Source: Candidatus Tritonobacter lacicola (GTDB lineage: Bacteria > Auribacterota > Tritonobacteria > Tritonobacterales > Tritonobacteraceae). Taken from it: a stretch of DNA of 64,000 nucleotides. The first letter of the stretch is position 1; each line of letters opens with the position of its first letter. This document shows, piece after piece, positions 45,750 to 56,680 of this stretch. A program made the position numbers and the translations under genes. The stretch is taken from contig JAVCDC010000020.1 in assembly GCA_030765135.1 (NCBI GenBank), forward strand, positions 10,916 through 74,915. The letters are read 5' to 3'. Under the pieces are notes generated by a model that worked only from the letters and a program-made list of their open reading frames with translations, ran no database searches and had not been told where the DNA came from.

Positions 45750-45821
45750 TATAAATCAGCTCACTTCGCTCGCGAATTTATTGGCTACGCCGAGTGGTTC
45801 CGCTCCAGCCGCCTTTACTTA

Positions 45822-46544
45822 CTATTCCTCTCCATGCTTCTCTTCTTCCTTCTCTAAGTTCTCAAGAAGAACCTCTTGTTCTTTTACTCTCTTTTCAAGA
45901 GAGAAGACCTCTTCACTGAGATCTTCTCCCCCGTCTATTTCTTTCTCCTCCTGTTCCTTTTTCCCGGCCTCTTCTCTCTCCCGGGCTCTCCGCTTCCGTT
46001 CCTCTTCCCGCTCCTGGATCTTCTTCTTTCTCTCCGCCTCTTTCCTCTCGCGGGCCTCCCTCTTCCTCTTCTCCTTCTCGAGCCGCTTCCGCTGCCTCTC
46101 CTCCACCTTCCGGGCCAGCTTCTCAGCTTTCCTGTTGACCTTTTCGATTCTCTCCTGATACTCCTCGACCTCCCAGAGCTTGCCATACCGGTAGGTCATC
46201 TTCCTGGCGACGACGCCCATGTAATATCCACGTCCCCACTTCGGCTGCCCCTTCCAGTTATAGATTATACGGTCGCCGTGGCGTCGGCCGTCCTTGTACT
46301 CGCACTCCTCGTGTAGGAGGTTGCGGCGCCAGTCGGTTATCCAGCATCCGTCGTACGGCTTCCAATTTTTGAACTCGCACTGGTTGCGGATGGACTTGTC
46401 GGTATTCCACTGGATGGAGACGCCGTTCTTCACGAGCATCTCCTTCTTCTCGCCGTTCGTGTAGTAGCTGGTCACAACCCCGGGGGATGAGCAGCCCGCA
46501 ACCAGAAGACCCGACAGAAACAATAAAAGAAATCTATTCATCAC
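45822..46544 (-). CDS. Lipoprotein with MORN-like repeat region and a highly charged Glu/Lys/Arg-rich C-terminal coiled-coil tail
   Basis: Lipoprotein signal LLFLSGLLVAGCSS. MORN-like repeats (YYTNGEKKEMLVKNG, HGDRIIYNWKGQPKWGRGYYMG). C-terminal KERE low-complexity segment of about 100 aa. Confidence 0.5.
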   Translation of the reverse strand: MMNRFLLLFLSGLLVAGCSSPGVVTSYYTNGEKKEMLVKNGVSIQWNTDKSIRNQCEFKNWKPYDGCWITDWRRNLLHEECEYKDGRRHGDRIIYNWKGQPKWGRGYYMGVVARKMTYRYGKLWEVEEYQERIEKVNRKAEKLARKVEERQRKRLEKEKRKREARERKEAERKKKIQEREEERKRRAREREEAGKKEQEEKEIDGGEDLSEEVFSLEKRVKEQEVLLENLEKEEEKHGEE

Positions 46545-46550
46545 ACGTCC

Positions 46551-47783
46551 TCACCTGTTTTTTATTTCAGCAAGTACTAAAGGCGCCAGCATCTCCGCCA
46601 TCAGCGTACCGACCCGCTTCGCCCCAGCGGGCGCAAGATGGCAATAATCTATGTAAAGCTGTGAGTCCCCAGTGGTCTCGTCCGCGATTTGACCGAGGTC
46701 ATGGAACGGTATTCCGTATTTCGCGAACAGGAAGGGAAACGTCTTCCTGATTTCGTTAAAGGACTCCGGGTCCCAGTTCGCAGACTTCAACTCCCTCACC
46801 GTTATCTCCCTGTTCTCCCTGTCCGCTTCGCCAAGAAGGGCGGAATCCTCCAGTGGTATGTAAGGCTGAAGAAAGACGAACATCCCGAAATCATAATGCA
46901 TCGAAAGCGCCTGGATAAGCCTATACGTCCTGAGAAACGAATTATGGGCGATGGCCGGGTATTGCTCTTTCACGTCCGCGGCCGTTAAACACCGGTCCAG
47001 GTTCCGCTTGTATTCGTCCGATACCCGGCAATTCATGGAGTACTCAAGCCTCATCTCAACCAGTGTAAAAGCGTAGCTGTACCTCGCGAGAACCCGTGCA
47101 CAGGCGTACGCCGGGAACAACCACGAACGCTCGTTCAGCCAATCCGATACGTACGCGTAGCTGTACCAGTAATCCTCCAGGTGGTCGTAATCTCTCATGA
47201 AGTAATAAAAGTCGTTGGCTCCGTCCAGGAAGACTATCATGTCGGGCTTGTACAGATAGAGCTTCTCCATGATGTAAACGAGGTGCTGGTAGGTATTGTA
47301 ATTCACAGCGGCGGCATTTATAACCTCGACACGCTTCGATATGCCCTTTTCCTCGATCATGCCGTTCAGCGCATCCTCGATAGCCCTGTCGATGCCCTCT
47401 TCGTTCTTGAGTCCCGGATGCAGCTCGTACGGGGGGAAAGCGCCCAGGCCGTAGGTCGTGGAGCCGCCCATCAGGAAGATTCGAAAGACGCCGTCGCCCT
47501 TTTCGGGGGAGACGGGATCGTCCCGACGGAAACCCTCCCGCGAATGGCCGTAACCGGGGCTGGTCCTGTAGCGGGGATTAAGCTCGTGGATCCGGTACTG
47601 GTTGTACAGATGGGCGTTCCTGGCAAAGGGATCCGGCTCATAGCCCCTTCTTTTAACGTGGATAAAGCTCGCAAGCTCAACGAGAGAAACGAAGAAGATG
47701 ACGATAAAGAGAGGAAAGACGAACCTTCTCAGGAACTTTCGTCTTCTTAAATATGAAGTGTCTTCGTCCATTATCCATCGCAT
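46551..47783 (-). CDS. SGNH/GDSL-hydrolase-family protein with N-terminal TM anchor
   Basis: N-terminal TM helix. Block I FLMGGSTTYG and block III FLDGANDF of the SGNH fold. Confidence 0.55.
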   Translation of the reverse strand: MRWIMDEDTSYLRRRKFLRRFVFPLFIVIFFVSLVELASFIHVKRRGYEPDPFARNAHLYNQYRIHELNPRYRTSPGYGHSREGFRRDDPVSPEKGDGVFRIFLMGGSTTYGLGAFPPYELHPGLKNEEGIDRAIEDALNGMIEEKGISKRVEVINAAAVNYNTYQHLVYIMEKLYLYKPDMIVFLDGANDFYYFMRDYDHLEDYWYSYAYVSDWLNERSWLFPAYACARVLARYSYAFTLVEMRLEYSMNCRVSDEYKRNLDRCLTAADVKEQYPAIAHNSFLRTYRLIQALSMHYDFGMFVFLQPYIPLEDSALLGEADRENREITVRELKSANWDPESFNEIRKTFPFLFAKYGIPFHDLGQIADETTGDSQLYIDYCHLAPAGAKRVGTLMAEMLAPLVLAEIKNR

Positions 47784-47941
47784 TCCCCGGCAGCTTCAAC
47801 GGAAAGCCACCGCTCAATTGCACATAGCAGGCACGCAACTTCTAAACAATACCCTCTTCCTTTTAAATCTTCAACAACCCCGTAGTCCCGCCTGCGCCTT
47901 CAGGCGCCGCTCGCTCACCGCGCCCGGCCCTTCCAGGCAGA

Positions 47942-48865
47942 TCAGGCCAGCACTTCTTTCTCCTCCCTCCTCCTGCGCACATCCGTCACGGCGCCGAGGC
48001 TCCCGCCCCTTGAAATGTTGGTCCTGAGTGTATCGCCCACCACGTTAAAGGAGAGGATGGTAAGGGCTATCGCCATTCCGGGAAAGACCGAGAACCACGG
48101 GGCGCTCAACAGGAAATCCCGGCCTTCGTTGACCATCCCCCCCCAGGTCGGGACGGGCGGCTGGACGCCCAGGCCGAGAAAGCTGAGGGCGGCCTCGGCG
48201 AGCATGAAGCTCCCGACCTGGAGCGAAGCGAGGACCACGACGGTCGGCAGGCAGTTCGGTATCAGGTGGCGGCGTACGACGCCGAGGCCTCCCGAGCCGG
48301 CCGACCTGGCGGCCTGGACGTACTCCTTCTCCCTGAGCTCCAGTACGAGGCCCCGAATTATCCTCGCGAAGGAGGCCCACCCGACGAGGCCGAGGGCTAT
48401 AAAGACGGTGACAATGCCCGGCGGCAAGACTATCGTCACGCCGATCGCGAGGAGAAGGCTCGGAAACGCAAGGGTGATATCCGTCAAGGACATCACCGCC
48501 CTGTCAACCGCCCCGCCGGCGTACCCCGATAGGAGGCCGAAGGAGAAGCCGATGAGGAGGGCCAATCCCGTCGCGAGGAATCCCACGGACAGGGAGATCC
48601 TCGCCCCGTAGATGACCCTGCTGAATATGTCCCTGCCAAGGTCGTCCGTGCCGAAGGGGTGCTCCGGAGAGGGGCGAAGCTTCGAGGCCGTAAGGTCCAC
48701 CTCGAGCGGGTCGTAGGGAGCGAAGAGGGGGGCGAAGAGGGCGACGATAACGACAACCGCTATGAAGGAGAGGCCCAGTCCAGCCAGCAGGCTCCTTCCG
48801 ACCAATGCTTCAAGGAGCCTTTTAAGCCTTCCCCCGCTCACAGCCTCACCCTCGGGTTGACCCAC
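47942..48865 (-). CDS. Peptide ABC transporter permease (OppC/DppC-type)
   Basis: Binding-protein-dependent transport inner-membrane component with EAA-like loop (EAARSAGSG) and six TM segments. Confidence 0.85.
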   Translation of the reverse strand: MGQPEGEAVSGGRLKRLLEALVGRSLLAGLGLSFIAVVVIVALFAPLFAPYDPLEVDLTASKLRPSPEHPFGTDDLGRDIFSRVIYGARISLSVGFLATGLALLIGFSFGLLSGYAGGAVDRAVMSLTDITLAFPSLLLAIGVTIVLPPGIVTVFIALGLVGWASFARIIRGLVLELREKEYVQAARSAGSGGLGVVRRHLIPNCLPTVVVLASLQVGSFMLAEAALSFLGLGVQPPVPTWGGMVNEGRDFLLSAPWFSVFPGMAIALTILSFNVVGDTLRTNISRGGSLGAVTDVRRRREEKEVLA

Positions 48866-49761
48866 CGGTATATGAAATCGACGATTAGATTAGCGAGAAT
48901 GAACATGAGGGAGCCGAAAAGAACAGTCCCGAGGACGACGGGGTAATCCCTCTTGAATATGCCGTTGATGGCGAAGCGGCCGAGGCCGTCCCATCCGAAG
49001 ATCGTCTCCGTGAGGACCGCGCCGTTGAGGTAACTTCCGAAATCCACGCCTATGAGGGTGATGATGGGTATGAGGGCGCATTTGAGGGCGTGCTTGAGGA
49101 CGACCTTCGCCTCCCCCAGGCCCTTGGCCCGGGCCGTCCTGATGTAGGGCTCCCCGAGGACCTCCAGCATCGACGACCTGGTGACCCGCGCTATGTAGGC
49201 GGCCGACCTCGTCCCGAGCGTCACGGCGGGCAGAATGAGATAGGCGATGCTTCCGTTGCCCATTCCGGCGGGGGGGAGGCGCTTGAGGTACGTGGCAAAG
49301 ACCAGTATCAGGATGAGGCCGAACCAGAAAACGGGAGTGGAGATACAGGAAGCCGACACGACCGTCACGGCCCTGTCGATCACCCCCCCCTCGTTCAGGG
49401 ACGCCAGGATCCCCATGACGATCCCGAGTGTGACGGCGAACAGCATTGCCGCCGCCGCGAGCTTCAGCGTGTTCGGGAATTTTTCTATAATAGACTTTCC
49501 TACCGGGTAGCCGGTGTAGTACGAGTTGCCGAGGTCGCCCTTCAGCAAAAGCCGGAGGTACCGGCAATACTGGACGACAATCCCCCTGTCGAGGCCGAGA
49601 TCCTTTCTCATCGCCTCAATAACTTCCGGGGACGCGCGGGGCCCGACCATGCCGTAGACCGGGTCGCCCGGAATCGCCTTGAGAAGCAGAAATGTGATGA
49701 CCGTGACGCCGATTAGCGTCGGAATAATGAGCAACAGCTTATGAACTACATACCGGGACAT
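48838..49761 (-). CDS. Peptide ABC transporter permease (OppB/DppB-type)
   Basis: N-terminus MSRYVVHKLLLIIPTLIGVTVITFLL...IPGDP is classic OppB/DppB. 307 aa. Confidence 0.85.
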   Translation of the reverse strand: MSRYVVHKLLLIIPTLIGVTVITFLLLKAIPGDPVYGMVGPRASPEVIEAMRKDLGLDRGIVVQYCRYLRLLLKGDLGNSYYTGYPVGKSIIEKFPNTLKLAAAAMLFAVTLGIVMGILASLNEGGVIDRAVTVVSASCISTPVFWFGLILILVFATYLKRLPPAGMGNGSIAYLILPAVTLGTRSAAYIARVTRSSMLEVLGEPYIRTARAKGLGEAKVVLKHALKCALIPIITLIGVDFGSYLNGAVLTETIFGWDGLGRFAINGIFKRDYPVVLGTVLFGSLMFILANLIVDFIYRWVNPRVRL

Positions 49762-49969
49762 TTACTTTCTCATTGCAGAATTCAAAGTGCATAAATTAGC
49801 TCACTTCGTTCGCTAATTTATTAATTCTCCGACTTCGTCGGAGTCTTATGATGTTCCGGAGCAGCAAGAAAAATGGAATGCCTTATCCTGTGAATCCTGT
49901 TAATCCCGTCAAATTTATTCACTTTTTTCGTTTCACGTTTCACGATGACCATTTTGCATTTTGCACTCT

Positions 49970-51529
49970 TCACTTTTCAATGTTGGAATTTTTCTTATTC
50001 AGAAAAATTCCAAGCCCTTTGTCCGAATTATACACGGGATACAGCCTGAAGCCCTCCACCCGCGGCTGGTGGACCCAGATGTCCTTCTTGTGCCAGAGGA
50101 AGACCCACGGGGCGTCTTCGACGATCATCCGCTGGGCGTCCCGGTAAAGCCCGGCGCGCTTACGTGCATCGACGGTCACCCGCGCCCTCTCTATAAGCCT
50201 GTCAACACCGGGGTTGCTGTATTCCGCCCTGTTGCCGAGCGGGCCCCGGTTCGATGAGTGAAATGTGGGGAAGAGGAAGTTCTCGCCGTCCGGATAGTCG
50301 GCCCACCACGATATGTAGAACAGATCGGCCTCGCCCGTGTTGATCGCCTCCTTGAAAGCGCTCCACTCGAGTTGAACGATATCTATGCCTAGCCCGGCCT
50401 CCCCGAGGTAATGCTGTATCGCCACAAGGCGGCCCAGGACCTTCCTGTCGGCGGGGCCGTAGAGCTTGATGCGCCCCTTCCAGCCTACCGCCTCAATGAG
50501 CCCGGCGGCCGCTTCCGGGTCATACGGATAACCCTTCAAGCCGGGGTCGTAACCCGGTATGCCGGGCGGGATCGGCCCCTTCGCCACGACGGCGCTGCCC
50601 GACAGGAGGGTCCGCACTATCATTTCCCTGTCCACCGCCATGTTGAGCGCCCTCCTGAGCCGCGCGTCGTCGAACGGAGGGCGCCGGCAGTTCATGCCGA
50701 TGTAATATGTATTCAGGCCCGGTATCTCCACGATCTGCTCCGGCATCCTCTTCCTCACCGTGGGGAGCTGGCTGTCCGGGACCTCCATGACGGATATGCT
50801 CCCTGCGTCGTACTCGGAGAGGGCGCTGAAGTCCTCCGGTATTATCCTGTACTCTATCGACGCAACGCCCGGAGACTCGCCGGTCCAGTAAGGGTTCCTC
50901 TCTAGAATAAGCTCGTAGTCATGCTTCCAGGAGGCAACCATGAAGGGGCCGCTGCCAACGGTCCCGCCCCCCTGACATCCCCCCGCCGGCACGACATAAA
51001 AGTTCGGCATCGCGAGGAGGCCCGGGAAGATCGCCAGGGGCTCCTTGAGCTCGATCTCCAGCTCACGGTCGCCGATGACCCGTATCCCGTCAATCTGCTC
51101 CGAATCCCCCTCCCTGAAGCTCTCCACACCAAGGATGGGGTCGGTCATCCAGCTTCTCGGAGAAGCTGTCTCAGGCGACGCGAGCCTCTCCATGGAGTAT
51201 TTCACGTCGCCGGATAGGACCTTCTCTTTGTTTGAGAAGAACGACTCCCGCAGGCGAAACCGGTACCTCTTACCGCCGTCGTGAACGCTCCAGGAGTCTG
51301 CCAGGTCGCCCACCAGGTTGAGCTTCTCGTCGTACACGAGGAGCCCCTGGTAGAGCTTCGCGCCGATGACGCCGCCCCAGTAATCGACGATCCGGGCCGG
51401 GTCGAGGGTGGAGGGGTCCTCCTCGAGCCTGACAACCAATCGATCCTGAACGGGCTCCCGACGGCCGCACGAAACAGCTGCCAGGAACGACAACCCCAGA
51501 AGAATCCAAATGTGCGCGCGAGCTCTCAT
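49970..51529 (-). CDS. Peptide ABC transporter substrate-binding lipoprotein (SBP family 5, OppA/DppA-like)
   Basis: Start placed at MRARAHIWILLGLSFLAAVSCG (lipobox); the ORF-track extension to 51673 is unlikely. Family-5 SBP body. Confidence 0.8.
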   Translation of the reverse strand: MRARAHIWILLGLSFLAAVSCGRREPVQDRLVVRLEEDPSTLDPARIVDYWGGVIGAKLYQGLLVYDEKLNLVGDLADSWSVHDGGKRYRFRLRESFFSNKEKVLSGDVKYSMERLASPETASPRSWMTDPILGVESFREGDSEQIDGIRVIGDRELEIELKEPLAIFPGLLAMPNFYVVPAGGCQGGGTVGSGPFMVASWKHDYELILERNPYWTGESPGVASIEYRIIPEDFSALSEYDAGSISVMEVPDSQLPTVRKRMPEQIVEIPGLNTYYIGMNCRRPPFDDARLRRALNMAVDREMIVRTLLSGSAVVAKGPIPPGIPGYDPGLKGYPYDPEAAAGLIEAVGWKGRIKLYGPADRKVLGRLVAIQHYLGEAGLGIDIVQLEWSAFKEAINTGEADLFYISWWADYPDGENFLFPTFHSSNRGPLGNRAEYSNPGVDRLIERARVTVDARKRAGLYRDAQRMIVEDAPWVFLWHKKDIWVHQPRVEGFRLYPVYNSDKGLGIFLNKKNSNIEK

Positions 51530-51967
51530 ATATTTCTTAACACAGAATCGCAAATTCATATATTGACCATTTATTTTATCCATCGTCAAAGACATATTAT
51601 GATTCGAATCATATTTCTCGATACGCAGCTCGCCATTTTCGTAAAATTGAATCCGGTGCCCTGTCAAGTTCAAATCAACTGTCCCTTCTCCTTGATTCTC
51701 ACTTTCGAGCGCCTGTCCAGCTTTATCGCCGGGAAAGCGAGAATGTCATAAGGGATGTTTTTTTCGCTTATAGCTGACAGCTTTTCGTGGCTACTTTGCT
51801 CCGAAATCCGGGGCGCAGACGGCTTAAAAAGAAAGGGGAAAGATGCGACCCCTCACGCCCCCCTCACGCCCTTATTATAAATTTTCTCAAAATATATACT
51901 TGGCACCCCGGATCATTGATCGTTTATTGCTGTCCCTGATTATCAGATTATCAACTGGGCAGAGATT

Positions 51968-53218
51968 TCATGGGCTTAAAATTAGCGGTTTCTGCTTTGG
52001 TCCAGGAGTGTTTGAGCTAGGCACAAAAATGTCCGGGATCTCTCTGAAAACATTCCGCAAGCCAATTCTTAAATAAGGATTCTCTGCAATATGGAGGGCT
52101 AAAGAAAAGGTATGGTCATGATTAAATATCACGCGAATAAAAAGAACAGCATGTATACGAAGGTTGATTCCAAAATTGGAATTTTTCTGCCCCCAAAAGC
52201 CATCTTGAGAGTTACTCGGGGTAGCTTTTATATTGTCTGCATCTATGGGGGTATCATAATCCGGAACGGGGATTGTATATATAGGCTGCCCTATTAGCGT
52301 GTAATATAGGGACTTGGGATCCATTATGATAGAGGATTCCAAGATTGAAGATATAACGATTGGGAAAGGATAATTATCAAGCTTTTTTTGTAAACGCCTG
52401 ATAAAGCGATTTGGGTTGGGATCGCCAGTAGCGAATCCTAAAGTTGCTCCCATATAAACTAACCCTTTATTTGCTCTTGGATGCAGAGTAAACTTAATAA
52501 AAGCGCCATTATGACTTATTTTATGTATTGCCCTTTTGCTTGAATGCCAATCGCCCAAATTGGCAACATAAGATAAAAGTGCTTCTCCCATGCCATTAAA
52601 ATTCCCTTGGTCATTTGGAACAGGAGTGCCTTGGAGAAAAATAAAAAATTCACCTTTGATCGTCTTAAGTTCGTCGAGGAAACGAGACATATTGTCATCG
52701 AATTGGCGCATGATTATTTCTTGCGACATGTAGAAGGCCTCAACAAAGAAACTAGTGTATTGTGTTCGCGCATAGAAATCTGGGGTTCGGCCCGCTATTA
52801 GTGGTTCATACTTAAGATTCTTTATATATTGGGAAAGAACCCATCCAGTTATGAGGTTTCCTAATGCGCCACGGAAGTTTCCATCATGAAATGAAGTAAG
52901 GTGGTTTCTTAGGGATTCGCTTTTTTGTATACCTTCAGGGAGAGACTTCCACATGCGATTAAGTTGATCTAATCGTTTATGGCGATGTTTGATATCAGAT
53001 AACATTCTCCCCAACATTCTATGCTTCAACTCTTCATTTTGTTCTATTTCTTGAAGGAGCTTGTTAATCACTTGCTGGGAAAAGACCATATCATTATCTC
53101 CTTTTCTTCGTGGACGCAGGGTTTGTTTCATATATCTGTAAATGAACCAAGAAGCGAGAATTAGAAATATTGTAACCAGGATCAAAGAGTATGGTGGTAT
53201 TAAGAACGGCATCAGCAA
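51968..53218 (-). CDS. Hypothetical membrane-anchored protein (416 aa): N-terminal TM helix, predicted coiled-coil, about 300-aa globular C-terminal domain; last gene of the RM operon
   Basis: N-terminal hydrophobic helix LILVTIFLILASWFIYRY; helical region with heptad-like pattern. Strongly AT-rich. No recognisable domain. Lies 63 nt downstream of the hsdR stop on the same strand. Confidence 0.5.
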   Translation of the reverse strand: MLMPFLIPPYSLILVTIFLILASWFIYRYMKQTLRPRRKGDNDMVFSQQVINKLLQEIEQNEELKHRMLGRMLSDIKHRHKRLDQLNRMWKSLPEGIQKSESLRNHLTSFHDGNFRGALGNLITGWVLSQYIKNLKYEPLIAGRTPDFYARTQYTSFFVEAFYMSQEIIMRQFDDNMSRFLDELKTIKGEFFIFLQGTPVPNDQGNFNGMGEALLSYVANLGDWHSSKRAIHKISHNGAFIKFTLHPRANKGLVYMGATLGFATGDPNPNRFIRRLQKKLDNYPFPIVISSILESSIIMDPKSLYYTLIGQPIYTIPVPDYDTPIDADNIKATPSNSQDGFWGQKNSNFGINLRIHAVLFIRVIFNHDHTFSLALHIAENPYLRIGLRNVFREIPDIFVPSSNTPGPKQKPLILSP

Positions 53219-53281
53219 GTGGGCGATGGGGATATCGCTGTTGATTCCTTCGCAACTTAGTTGGAATTATTGAGTTAGCGA

Positions 53282-56200
53282 TTATGCCGCTTCTTCACCT
53301 GTCCATTCGTGGCAAAGAACCTCAGCTTGCTCCAAAACCGTTTTGGTGGCCTTCTCCTGTTTATCGGGCGGATAGCCGTACTTGCGCAGGATACGCTTCA
53401 CGATAACGCGAATCTTCGCCCTGGCATTCTCACGCATGGTCCAATCAATAGTCACGCTTCTTCGGACGGCGGTGACCAGCTCCTGCGCAATAGTTCTTAG
53501 CGTCTCGTCGCCGAGCACTCTGACCGCGCTATCGTTGACTTCCAGTGCGTCATAGAAGGCTACCTCATCCTCGGAAAGTCCTAGATCTTCCCCGCGTTTC
53601 TGCTCCTCCCTCATCTCCTTGGCAAGCTTGATCAACTCGGCTATCACCTGGGCCGTTTCGATAGTACGGTTCTGGTATTTCCGGATCGCCTCTTCGAGCA
53701 TCTCCGTGAACGATCGCCCCTGAACGACATTCTTCTTCAGCCGCACCTTTATCTCATCCCTTAGAAGCTTCTGGAGGAGCTCGACCGCGAGATTACGATG
53801 TGGGAGTTCTTGTACCTCTGCCAGGAACTCATCAGAGAGAATCGAGATGTCCGGCTTCTTCAGCCCGGCGGCAGCGAAGATGTCAACAACCTCATCAGAG
53901 CTAATAGCCTTGGATACGAGTTGCTGAATAGCGGTATCAAGCTCCTCTTGGGTCTTCACATCTCGTTCAATCGTGGCTTTTGCCAGAGCGCTCCGGACCT
54001 CCTGGAAAAACCCGACTTCATCCCGAATCTTGATCGCCTCTTCGTGCGGCACCGCCAGGGCGAAAGCCTTGGACAGGACTGTTACCGCATATAGGTACCG
54101 CTTCTTGCCATCATCAAGGGAAAGAATATGCTCCATTGCCGCCGCGATACCCGCCATGCGCTCGGCAGCCTTGGCCAATAAAAGTAGCCTATAGTCAAAA
54201 CCATGGAACATGCCGCAGACGATCTCGTATTTCTCAAGCATGATAGCCACAGCTTCTTCCTGGTCAATCGTTGCCTTACCGTGACCACCGCTGGCCGTGT
54301 AATCGGATAATGCCCGTTTTAGCTGATCGGCCAGGCCAAGATAGTCCACTACAAGCCCGCCGGGCTTATCTTTGAATACCCGATTAACGCGAGCAATGGC
54401 CTGCATCAACCCGTGGCTCCGCATGGGCTTATCCACGTACATGCTGTGCATGGACGGGCAGTCAAACCCCGTCAGCCACATATCGCGCACGATGACCATT
54501 TTCAGGGGGTCATTCGGATCCTTGAAACGCTTGGCAAGCGCCTCACGGCGAACTTTGTTACGGATATGTGGCTGCCAGTCCAGATTATCCGACGCGGAGC
54601 CCGACATCACTATCTTGATCGCCCCCTTATCATCGTCGGCATGGTGCCACTCAGGCCGCAGTTCGACGATTGCGTTGTACATGTCCACGCAGATTCGGCG
54701 GCTCATGCACACTATGAGGGCCTTGCCCTCCATGGCCTCCAAGCGGCAATCGAAGTGCTCAACCAAATCCTCCGCGACTAATCCGATACGCTTCCCCGTC
54801 CCGACCATGGCCTCCAGGCGAGCCCACTTCGTCTTGAGCCTCTGCTTTTCTGACTCTTCTTCTCCCTCCGTTACCTCCTCGAACTCCGGATCGATTTTCG
54901 GCCTCTCCTCGTCTAAAAGCTCTATCTTGGCCAGCCGGCCTTCGTAATAAATGCGGACGGTTGCTCCGTCTTCGACGGCGCGAAGAATATCATAGGTGTC
55001 GATGTAATTCCCGAAGACTGCGGGAGTGCTTCGGTCATCACGCTCGAGGGGTGTCGCTGTAAACCCGATAAACGAGGCATTGGGCAGGGCGTCCCGCATA
55101 TGCCGGGCGAATCCATCGATAAAATCATACTGGCTGCGGTGGGCCTCGTCCGCGATCACCACGATATTCTCGCGCTCAGATAGCGCCGGGTAGGATTCTC
55201 CTTTGATCTCGGGGAAAAACTTCTGGATGGTAGTGAAAATCACCCCCCCGGATGCCACCTGGAGCAATTTCCGGAGGTTTTCCCGGCTTTCAGCCTGCAC
55301 GGGCGTCTGGCGAAGCAGAGCCTTGCACCCGGAGAATGTTCCGAAGAGCTGATCGTCGAGATCGTTGCGGTCGGTAATCACAACAAGAGTCGGGTTCCTC
55401 ATGGCCGGGTGGCGAATGATCTTCCCGCCGTAAAAGACCATCAGAAGGCTTTTACCGCTGCCTTGCGTGTGCCAGATAACACCGATGCGCCGGCCGCCGA
55501 AGTGCTTCGACCCCGGGCCAAAGGAGACGGAAGTCTCCTTCACTAAAAACGGGTCCACATCCTCCGGAGCCGGGAATCTCCCGTAGAGCTGACCCGGCTC
55601 AGCCTCGATGCCGCACGCGCTCAAGGTGCAATCCACTGCCTTGTTGACCGCGTGATACTGGTGATAGGCCGCCACCTTCTTGAGTACCTCCGCTCCGTCA
55701 TCTTCCAAAACAACGAAATTCAAGATCAAATCCAATAGACGATGCTTGTCGAACAAACCTCGAATCAGCGTCTCAAGGCCAGGCATGACTTCGCCATCGG
55801 TCTGTTCCTCACTGCCAGGCTCACGATAGAGATCCGTTCCGTCTATAGTGCGCCACGGCATGAAGCGCTCCCAATTGGCAGTAAGTGTACCAATACGTGC
55901 CTTTAAACCATCGGCAATGACCATAATCTCGTTGAATGTAAACAGGCCGGGGATGTCGTTCTTGTATGTCTGTAACTGGTTAAAGGCATGGCGGATTGTC
56001 GCCTTCTCATCGGCGGGATTTTTTAACTCTATCACCGCCAGGGGCAAACCATTGATAAAGATTACAATATCAGGGCGGCGATTATTTCGATTCTCAACCA
56101 CTGTAAACTGGTTGACCGCCAGCCAATCGTTATTCTCAAGGTTATCCAGATCCACCAGCCAAACCTTATCGAACACCTCGCGGCCATTATCCATGTAAGA

Positions 56201-56497
56201 TACATCAATGCCTTCGGTGAGCATCCGGTGAAAGCGACGGTTGTTCTCTATCAGACTTGCTGTTTCCGTTCTGATAATTTGGCGTATAGCATCATCAATC
56301 GCAGACGGAGGGATATCGGGGTTGATATTTTCAAGCGCAATTCGCAAACGCTCTTCAAGCACAACCTGATCGTAGCGCTCGCGCTCAACTCCAAGCTCGT
56401 CCGGACTGATGAAAGGTCCAAATTTCACTGCATAGCCAAGGTTCTCGAACCAGGCAAGGGCTATTTGTTCCAATTGGTTTTCGGTTATACCGCTCAT
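53282..56497 (-). CDS. hsdR: Type I restriction enzyme R subunit
   Basis: HsdR N-terminal domain ([22 protein letters not shown]); SF2 helicase motifs [15 protein letters not shown] and [12 protein letters not shown]. 1071 aa. Confidence 0.95.
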   Translation of the reverse strand: MSGITENQLEQIALAWFENLGYAVKFGPFISPDELGVERERYDQVVLEERLRIALENINPDIPPSAIDDAIRQIIRTETASLIENNRRFHRMLTEGIDVSYMDNGREVFDKVWLVDLDNLENNDWLAVNQFTVVENRNNRRPDIVIFINGLPLAVIELKNPADEKATIRHAFNQLQTYKNDIPGLFTFNEIMVIADGLKARIGTLTANWERFMPWRTIDGTDLYREPGSEEQTDGEVMPGLETLIRGLFDKHRLLDLILNFVVLEDDGAEVLKKVAAYHQYHAVNKAVDCTLSACGIEAEPGQLYGRFPAPEDVDPFLVKETSVSFGPGSKHFGGRRIGVIWHTQGSGKSLLMVFYGGKIIRHPAMRNPTLVVITDRNDLDDQLFGTFSGCKALLRQTPVQAESRENLRKLLQVASGGVIFTTIQKFFPEIKGESYPALSERENIVVIADEAHRSQYDFIDGFARHMRDALPNASFIGFTATPLERDDRSTPAVFGNYIDTYDILRAVEDGATVRIYYEGRLAKIELLDEERPKIDPEFEEVTEGEEESEKQRLKTKWARLEAMVGTGKRIGLVAEDLVEHFDCRLEAMEGKALIVCMSRRICVDMYNAIVELRPEWHHADDDKGAIKIVMSGSASDNLDWQPHIRNKVRREALAKRFKDPNDPLKMVIVRDMWLTGFDCPSMHSMYVDKPMRSHGLMQAIARVNRVFKDKPGGLVVDYLGLADQLKRALSDYTASGGHGKATIDQEEAVAIMLEKYEIVCGMFHGFDYRLLLLAKAAERMAGIAAAMEHILSLDDGKKRYLYAVTVLSKAFALAVPHEEAIKIRDEVGFFQEVRSALAKATIERDVKTQEELDTAIQQLVSKAISSDEVVDIFAAAGLKKPDISILSDEFLAEVQELPHRNLAVELLQKLLRDEIKVRLKKNVVQGRSFTEMLEEAIRKYQNRTIETAQVIAELIKLAKEMREEQKRGEDLGLSEDEVAFYDALEVNDSAVRVLGDETLRTIAQELVTAVRRSVTIDWTMRENARAKIRVIVKRILRKYGYPPDKQEKATKTVLEQAEVLCHEWTGEEAA

Positions 56498-56680
56498 TGA
56501 TTCATCTTCGCCCTTTAACGTGTCTGATACAATCTCTCCGTGAAACCGCCTTTCTAAGTAAATTGCTAGTAAAGCTGCCGCAACTCGTCAATGCTGATAT
56601 CCGTTACTAAAAAAATCTCAAAGCAAATCTCACATAAAACCCTATCATAACGATCTCAACTTTTATCTCAGCGAGGTATA

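Noticed and set aside
51530-51673. N-terminal extension of the OppA-like gene
   Set aside because: The lipoprotein signal peptide begins at the internal Met (51529). The extension overlaps AT-rich spacer DNA.
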